Assembly: GCA_031414535.1 (NCBI GenBank) | Contig: JANNVQ010000053.1 | Coordinates: 32,001-96,000 of the forward strand | Source: Gemmatimonas sp. | GTDB lineage: Bacteria > Gemmatimonadota > Gemmatimonadetes > Gemmatimonadales > Gemmatimonadaceae | Direction of reading: 5' to 3' | DNA: 64,000 bases | Shown here: positions 58,139-64,000 of the stretch, one piece after another | Layout of the letters: each line of letters begins with the position of its first letter | How positions within the stretch are numbered: position 1 is the stretch's first letter | Program-made: the position numbers and the translations under genes | Notes under the pieces: generated by a model | What the model was told of the DNA's origin: nothing | The model's input: only the letters and a program-made list of their open reading frames with translations | Databases searched by the model: none

Positions 58139-59413
58139 GTGCTCGACCATAAGATCATCCGTGACGATGTCGCGGCGCTGCGGGATGCTATGCAGCGACG
58201 TGAGAAACTCGACATCTACGGTCCGCTGATTGACGAAGCTGAAGCGCTCGACCGTACACGTCGGGCGTCCATTGGTCGTGTCGAAGAGCGTAAAGCTGAG
58301 CGCAACCGCGTGACGCAGGAAGTCGGCAAGAAGAAGAAGGCCGGCGAAGATGCGAGCGAGATGCAGGCCAGCGCCCGCGCCATCGGCGAGGAAATCGCGG
58401 CGCTGGAGTCCCAGCTCGAGATCACGCAGTCTCGCCTCGACGAGCTCTTACTCCACATCCCCAACCTGACGCTGCCCGACGTCCCCGCCGGCGACGAGTC
58501 GCACAACGTCATCGTGCGCAACTGGGGCACTCCACGCGCCGCCGAGAGCGTCGTGCCGCACTGGGAAGTTGGAGAGACGCTCGGGCTCTTCGATCTGCCG
58601 CGCGGTGCTAAGATCTCGGGCTCTGGCTTTATCGTGTATCGCGGCGCGGGAGCCCGCCTCGTGCGCTCGCTGATGAACATGATGCTCGACCTGCACACAA
58701 CCGAGTTCGGCTACGAAGAGACCTGGGTTCCGGTCGCGGTGAACCGCGCGTCGATGACCGGCACCGGACAGTTGCCCAAGTTCGAGCATGACATGTACGC
58801 GTTGAAGGATGAAGACATGTTTCTCATCCCCACGGCCGAGGTGCCGGTCACCAATCTCTACCGCGACGAGATCCTCGGTGCCGACGAATTGCCCAAGGCC
58901 CTCTGCGCCTACTCACCCTGCTTCCGTCGGGAAGCGGGCTCGGCCGGTAAGGACACGCGCGGCCTGTTGCGCGTGCACGAATTCGACAAGGTCGAACTCG
59001 TGCGGTACTGCGCGCCCGAAGACGGTGAATCTCAGCTCCAACTGCTGCTTTCCCATGCGGAAGCCGTGCTGCAGCGACTCGGTTTGCCGTATCGCGTGCT
59101 CTTGCTCGCGGCCGGCGATACGGGCTTCGCCAGCGCCAAGACCTACGATCTCGAGGTCTTTGCGCCGGGCGTTGGTAAGTGGCTTGAAGTGTCGTCCTGC
59201 TCGCTGTTCACGGATTTTCAGGGGCGTCGCGCCAACATTCGCTTCCGCCCTGCGCCGGGTGAGAAGCCGCGCTTCGTGTACACCCTGAACGCCTCGGGTC
59301 TGGCCTTCCCGCGCATCATCGCGGCCATCCTTGAGCATTACCAGCAGCCAGACGGATCGGTCATCCTCCCCGAGTCGCTGGCCAGCGTCTTCGGGAAGGA
59401 GCGCATCGGGTGA
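58139..59413 (+). CDS. serS: Serine--tRNA ligase
   Basis: MLD start, coiled arm, GTGQLPKF, LIPTAEVP, FRREAGSAGKDTRGLLRVHEFDKVE, EVSSCS, TLNASGLA. Confidence 0.98.
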   Translation: MLDHKIIRDDVAALRDAMQRREKLDIYGPLIDEAEALDRTRRASIGRVEERKAERNRVTQEVGKKKKAGEDASEMQASARAIGEEIAALESQLEITQSRLDELLLHIPNLTLPDVPAGDESHNVIVRNWGTPRAAESVVPHWEVGETLGLFDLPRGAKISGSGFIVYRGAGARLVRSLMNMMLDLHTTEFGYEETWVPVAVNRASMTGTGQLPKFEHDMYALKDEDMFLIPTAEVPVTNLYRDEILGADELPKALCAYSPCFRREAGSAGKDTRGLLRVHEFDKVELVRYCAPEDGESQLQLLLSHAEAVLQRLGLPYRVLLLAAGDTGFASAKTYDLEVFAPGVGKWLEVSSCSLFTDFQGRRANIRFRPAPGEKPRFVYTLNASGLAFPRIIAAILEHYQQPDGSVILPESLASVFGKERIG

Positions 59414-61722
59414 ACGGCGCCTCGCCGTTCCCCTCGCTCAATCCCGCGCAGCGCGAAGCCGTCGAACACGAAGACGGACCGCTGCTCGTCGTCGCAGGCG
59501 CTGGTTCAGGCAAGACGCGGGTGCTCACGGCACGCATCGCCCGTCTCATTGCCGAGCGCGGTGTGCTCCCGCAAGAAATTCTCGCCGTCACCTTCACCAA
59601 CAAGGCTGCTGGTGAGATGCGGGAGCGCGTCGGGCGCGCGCTCGGTGAGGACCCGCGGGGAATGTGGATTGGTACCTTCCACGGCATCGGCGCCCGGTTG
59701 CTGCGGGCCAATGCCGAGTTGGTGGGGCGCACGCCGGAGTACACGATTTACGACCAAGCCGATCTGTTGGTCGTCATCAAGCGCCTGATGAAGAAGCACG
59801 GCATTTCCACCGATGAGTTCGAGCCGAAGGGAATCGCCAACGAGATTGGCTCGGCCAAGAACGCGCTCGTGGAGGTGGCCGAGTTTGAGCAGCTCGCGCG
59901 TACCACCAAGGCACAGGCCGCCGCGAAGGTTTATCGCGACCTCGAGGAGACGCTGCGCGCGGCGAATGCCGTCAGTTTCGATGACCTGCTCGTGCTGCCA
60001 GTGCGCATCCTGCGCGAGCATGAAGCGGTGCGTACGCGACTCGCGCGGCGCTTCCGTCACGTGTTGGTGGACGAGTATCAAGACACCAATCACGCGCAAT
60101 ACGAGTTCGTGCGTCTCGTCGCCGCCGAGCATCGCAACGTCCTCGTGGTGGGCGACGACGACCAAGCGATTTACGGCTGGCGCGGCGCCGACATCCGCAA
60201 CATCCTCGACTTTGAGCGCGACTACCCCAACGCCAAGGTCGTGCGGCTTGAGGAGAACTATCGTTCCACGGCCAGCATCCTCGAACTCGCCAATACGGTG
60301 ATCTCGGCGAACCTCGCTCGGCGTGGTAAGACGTTGCGGGCCACGCGCGGCGGCGGCGAGAAGGTCGTCGTGCTCGAAGCGGCCGATGACCGCGACGAGG
60401 CCGAGGCCATCGCTGAGGCGATGCAGGATTGGCGGCGCATGGGTCGCAAGTATTCCGATGCGGCCGTGCTATATCGCACCAATGCGCAGAGTCGCGGCAT
60501 GGAAGACGCGATGCGCCGTGCAGGCATTCCGTATCGCCTCGTCGGAGCCACGCGCTTCTATGACCGGCAGGAAATTCGCGATCTCGTGTCGTGGCTCCGC
60601 CTTGTCGCCAATCCGCAGGACGACGAAGCGTTTCGTCGGGCGGTCAGCGCACCAAAGCGGGGCATTGGCGACACCAGCGTGGAGTTGCTAGCCTCGGAAG
60701 CCGCGAGCGCGGGCGTCCCGTTGCTCGAGATTTCGCGCCGCGCTGCCCAAGGGCTGATTCCTGGATTGCGGGCCGCGCTCAAGGATGCGCTCGCGATCTT
60801 CGTCGCGCTCGTGGACCGGTTACGCGTCGCTGCGACGGACACGAGCGTCAATCGCCTGCTCCTGTTGATTGTCGAGGAGTCTGGCTATGCGGTGGCCCTG
60901 CGGAAGGAGGGCCCGGAGGGAGAAGAGCGGCTCGCGAACGTCGGTGAGCTTGTGAACTCCGCGGCGGAAGTCGTCATCGATGACGGTGGCGAAGTCGGCA
61001 TGCGACCGCTTGATCACTTCCTGCAGAACGTCACGCTCGTGACGGCACTCGACCAGCTCGGGCCTGACGCAGACGCCATCACCATGATGACGGTGCACAC
61101 CGCCAAGGGTCTTGAGTATGGATTCATCTGCGTCACGGGACTTGAAGACCGCCTCTTCCCACTCATTCGCTATGCCGATGAGTTTGATGGCGGCGATGGC
61201 AACGAGGCGATGGAAGAAGAGCGACGCCTGCTCTACGTGGCAATCACGCGCGCCGGTGAGCGGCTCCATCTGAGTTGGGCCAGGCAGCGCCTGCGCGAAG
61301 GCCGGTTTATCCAGTCCGAACGCTCGCGGCTCTTGAGCGGCGTTGACGAATCGACCATCGAGCTGCGCCGCACCATTCGCCTGCGCTCCACTTCACGCCT
61401 CGCGGCACCTTCTCGCGAGCCCGTTTGGCGCAAGACCACGCGCGAGGACTCCGCCGCTGCATTCCCGCGCGCGCCCAAGGCCGAATGGTCCGCCCGCGAA
61501 ACGGATGTCCCGAGCTTCGTCGCCGACGAAGAGGCGTCGCAGGACTCGCCGCAGTTCATCAAAGGCGAGCGCGTCACCCACGGTCGGTTCGGCTCCGGCA
61601 CCATTGCAGAAGTCGGCGGATCGGGGAAGGATGCCAAAGTCACCGTGGACTTCGATGACGAAGCGGTGGGGCGCAAGCGCTTAGTCATTGCCTTCGCCGG
61701 CCTGCAACGTGGCTTCGATTGA
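59410..61722 (+). CDS. uvrD: UvrD/PcrA superfamily 1 DNA helicase
   Basis: AGAGSGKT, TFTNKAA, VDEYQDTN, VGDDDQAIYGWRGA, LEENYRS, TVHTAKGLE, EEERRLLYVAITRA; C-terminal Tudor-like GERVTHGRFGSG. Confidence 0.95.
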   Translation: MNGASPFPSLNPAQREAVEHEDGPLLVVAGAGSGKTRVLTARIARLIAERGVLPQEILAVTFTNKAAGEMRERVGRALGEDPRGMWIGTFHGIGARLLRANAELVGRTPEYTIYDQADLLVVIKRLMKKHGISTDEFEPKGIANEIGSAKNALVEVAEFEQLARTTKAQAAAKVYRDLEETLRAANAVSFDDLLVLPVRILREHEAVRTRLARRFRHVLVDEYQDTNHAQYEFVRLVAAEHRNVLVVGDDDQAIYGWRGADIRNILDFERDYPNAKVVRLEENYRSTASILELANTVISANLARRGKTLRATRGGGEKVVVLEAADDRDEAEAIAEAMQDWRRMGRKYSDAAVLYRTNAQSRGMEDAMRRAGIPYRLVGATRFYDRQEIRDLVSWLRLVANPQDDEAFRRAVSAPKRGIGDTSVELLASEAASAGVPLLEISRRAAQGLIPGLRAALKDALAIFVALVDRLRVAATDTSVNRLLLLIVEESGYAVALRKEGPEGEERLANVGELVNSAAEVVIDDGGEVGMRPLDHFLQNVTLVTALDQLGPDADAITMMTVHTAKGLEYGFICVTGLEDRLFPLIRYADEFDGGDGNEAMEEERRLLYVAITRAGERLHLSWARQRLREGRFIQSERSRLLSGVDESTIELRRTIRLRSTSRLAAPSREPVWRKTTREDSAAAFPRAPKAEWSARETDVPSFVADEEASQDSPQFIKGERVTHGRFGSGTIAEVGGSGKDAKVTVDFDDEAVGRKRLVIAFAGLQRGFD

Positions 61723-61731
61723 GCGGTGTAC

Positions 61732-61755
61732 CCTGAGCGCGTGAAGGCGCTCGGG
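61732..61755. terminator. Hairpin between convergent genes
   Basis: CCTGAGCGC-GTGAAG-GCGCTCGGG; no clear U tract. Confidence 0.45.
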
Positions 61756-61760
61756 AGGTG

Positions 61761-62687
61761 TTAGACCAGCGCGTCTGCATTAGGGACGAACAAGGGCTTG
61801 GGCAGCTTCGTCACCCACTCTGAGTGCACGCTCGGCAGGGCGAATCGGTCCGCAGCATCCTTGCGCGCCGCACGTTCTCCTCCGCGCTCGAGTGCGCCTT
61901 TGCGAATAGATTTTGCCTCGCGCAGCGCCTCCTCTCCGCTCGGGTCCGCCTGGCGCGCCACCGCGCGCGCTCCAGTGACCAAGAGGTCCACGATGTGGTC
62001 GAATGCCCGGTCCAGATGTGCGGAGACCGCGGCGCCGCGCAGTGGCCAGCGGCTATTCGCGGCCACCAACGAGAGCACGCGCTGGTAGGGCGAAAGATCC
62101 GAGGCGTGCACCATGCCGCGGAAGATCCGCCGATTGGTTGAGGTGCTGAATATTGTCGGCGACAGAATGCGGTCGAGGTGCTCGTCGGCTTGCCCGTGAT
62201 CGAGCAGAATCACTTCGCGCGCACGCCGCGACCACTGCTCCCCAAGTTCGCTTTCGAAGCGCGCTTCCCAATACGCGTGGCCAGCACCGCTGGTCGCCGA
62301 CGAAATGGCGAGTTGATGGGGCACGAAGTGGTTGTGCGCCACCACGTCGGCGGCGAGATGCGAGAGGTAGCCGTAACCGAAGGCGCGCAACGAGTCGTCG
62401 CGGGCGCGGTCGAGGATGTCGTCACCCACCGGCCAGTGATGGCAGTGCCGTCCCACGCGGGCGTAGCGCTTCGCGAAGCTGGTATCGGCCGCGATGCTGC
62501 CATACAGGAACTCAAATGGGTGCGCTTTCAGGAGCCCAGCAAGCGCCGTCGGTAGCAAGACGTCGGCGGAGCGGAGCAGGGCCTCACCGAGCAGTATGTG
62601 CGTGCCGGGAGTCCACGCGAGCGCATCCGTGGGAAACAAGCTGAGCAAGAGGAGCGCGCCGCACGCGCTCCAAACGAAGCGGGCCAC
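61761..62687 (-). CDS. Zinc-dependent phospholipase C / S1-P1-like family protein, exported
   Basis: Signal peptide ending ALA then W-x4-H (WTPGTH); [29 protein letters not shown]. Confidence 0.8.
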   Translation of the reverse strand: MARFVWSACGALLLLSLFPTDALAWTPGTHILLGEALLRSADVLLPTALAGLLKAHPFEFLYGSIAADTSFAKRYARVGRHCHHWPVGDDILDRARDDSLRAFGYGYLSHLAADVVAHNHFVPHQLAISSATSGAGHAYWEARFESELGEQWSRRAREVILLDHGQADEHLDRILSPTIFSTSTNRRIFRGMVHASDLSPYQRVLSLVAANSRWPLRGAAVSAHLDRAFDHIVDLLVTGARAVARQADPSGEEALREAKSIRKGALERGGERAARKDAADRFALPSVHSEWVTKLPKPLFVPNADALV

Positions 62688-62698
62688 CGTGCATGGCC

Positions 62699-63259
62699 TC
62701 AGCGACGGCGTCGCAGGCGCGGTCGCTCGTCGGGCTCGCTGAGGTCCAGGTCTCGAGCCGTGCTCGACTTCTTCTTGCGACCGATCCCAAAGATTCGCGC
62801 GCCGGCCTTGAGTCCGCCCACGGTTGTGGCATAGATGCTCGCCACGCGCATCGCCGCGCGCGACGCCTTGCTGATAATCCCACTCAGTTCGTTGACGCGC
62901 GTCGTCAACTCGGTGACGGACTCGCGCACCTTCTCGTTGGCCATCGTGACGGTCGCGCGCGACTCGGCCACCATTTCCTTCGCCATTGCGGCCGCTTCAC
63001 GCACATCCACGGACGCTGCGTTGGCATTCTGTGTGAGGGGTCGCAACTCCTGCAACACTTCGTCCAGCTTGCCGTGCAAGGCCTGTGCGGCCGCCCGCAT
63101 GCCCAGCAGCATCAAGAGAATCACCAGCACGAGCAGCAGCGTGAGGATGGACGTCAGTCCAGACGCCACGAAGACCAGCTGTTCGAACGCCGTGCGCAAC
63201 GGCGGGACCTCTCGGACCAAGACCGTATCCGCCGCAGCGGCCAACTGGTAGAAGTACAT
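62699..63259 (-). CDS. Hypothetical membrane-anchored coiled-coil protein
   Basis: Single TM ([16 protein letters not shown]) followed by a heptad-rich helix and a basic tail. Confidence 0.65.
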   Translation of the reverse strand: MYFYQLAAAADTVLVREVPPLRTAFEQLVFVASGLTSILTLLLVLVILLMLLGMRAAAQALHGKLDEVLQELRPLTQNANAASVDVREAAAMAKEMVAESRATVTMANEKVRESVTELTTRVNELSGIISKASRAAMRVASIYATTVGGLKAGARIFGIGRKKKSSTARDLDLSEPDERPRLRRRR

Positions 63260-63310
63260 AAAGCAAGCTCTACAGACGCGTACGTGGCGTCAAGCATATA
63301 TTCACTCGCT

Positions 63311-64000
63311 ATGTCAACGCCCCAGTTCATCGTTGAGGGGGGCCGCCCCCTCGCCGGCGCCATTCGGCCCACCGGCAACAAGAACGCCGCTTTGCCCATC
63401 GTCTGTGCCGCGCTGCTCACACCTGAGGCGGTCACGCTCGACAATGTGCCGCGCATCCGCGACATCGAGAGCCTCCTCGGGCTCGTGCGTGCGACAGGCG
63501 CCAGCGCCGAGTGGACAGGCGACAACACCTTGGTGATTCACGCCGAAACGGTCCGTGGCGACACGCTACCTCCGGAGCTGTGTGCTCGCATCCGCGCCTC
63601 GGTGCTCTTGGCGGGCCCGCTGCTCGCCCGCTGCGGCGAGGTCATTCTCGCCCCGCCGGGCGGTGATGTCATTGGCCGCCGCCGCCTCGACACGCACGTC
63701 CTCGCGCTCGAGGCACTGGGGGCCACGCACGAGTTCGGTGAACGCATCGTGTTCCGCGCCAAGCGTCTGAGAGGCGCGGACATCTTTCTCGACGAACCCT
63801 CCGTCACGGGCACCGAGAACGCCATCATGGCTGCCGTCGCCGCCGATGGTACGACGACGCTGCACAATGCGGCCTCCGAGCCACACGTGCAGGATCTGTG
63901 TCACATGCTCCTCACGTTGGGTGCCAAAATTGATGGCATTGGCTCCAACGTGTTGACCATCCAAGGCGGTCGGCCGCTGCACGGTGGACGCTTCCGCATC
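63311..64000 (+). CDS. murA: UDP-N-acetylglucosamine 1-carboxyvinyltransferase (3' end outside window)
   Basis: Translated by hand from ATG 63311: [29 protein letters not shown]...[15 protein letters not shown]...[14 protein letters not shown]...SVTGTEN...NAASEPH. Confidence 0.95.
   Translation, partial: MSTPQFIVEGGRPLAGAIRPTGNKNAALPIVCAALLTPEAVTLDNVPRIRDIESLLGLVRATGASAEWTGDNTLVIHAETVRGDTLPPELCARIRASVLLAGPLLARCGEVILAPPGGDVIGRRRLDTHVLALEALGATHEFGERIVFRAKRLRGADIFLDEPSVTGTENAIMAAVAADGTTTLHNAASEPHVQDLCHMLLTLGAKIDGIGSNVLTIQGGRPLHGGRFRI

Overview
A GC-rich bacterial chromosomal window made almost entirely of tightly packed housekeeping genes. Gene content and protein style suggest a diderm, probably Gemmatimonadota; that assignment is inference only. 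Gene order, first part: argS (5'-truncated), pfkB-family kinase, purM, putative outer-membrane protein, ribD-ribE-ribBA-ribH-nusB, GT4 glycosyltransferase, hpf-hprK, a complete mannose-family PTS (IIA/IIB/IIC/IID/HPr/EI), metK, DUF151 nuclease, an unknown membrane protein, a cobalamin riboswitch with btuF-btuC-btuD-btuB, recO, clpB, tadA, a methyltransferase, two tRNA-Ser genes and a 56-aa small ORF missing from the ORF track. Second part: pyrR-pyrB-pyrC, a coiled-coil/Zn-ribbon protein, rpsT, scpA-scpB-rluB, a MoxR/DUF58/VWA/TPR (Bat-like) cluster, mutL-miaA-bshA-uppP-birA-coaX, an HxlR regulator, groES-groEL, carbonic anhydrase + SulP, a roadblock/response-regulator/manC/GlmU-like/MBL operon, lipoprotein-serS-uvrD(pcrA), a Zn-PLC-like protein and murA (3'-truncated). 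I found no CRISPR array, prophage, transposase or defence island, and I cannot claim a clearly new multi-gene system. The best leads are regulatory or small-scale. (1) Sigma54-type promoters with similar upstream palindromes at both clpB and groESL, plus CIRCE and an IHF-like site at groESL. (2) A B12 riboswitch whose terminator hairpin also hides the btuF ribosome-binding site. (3) A small protein with an ECF-type promoter. (4) A dispersed heptamer repeat family. (5) An orphan roadblock + receiver module heading a sugar-nucleotide operon. (6) Active-site variants in MurA (Cys->Asp) and MutL (CPHGRP->DVHGRA).
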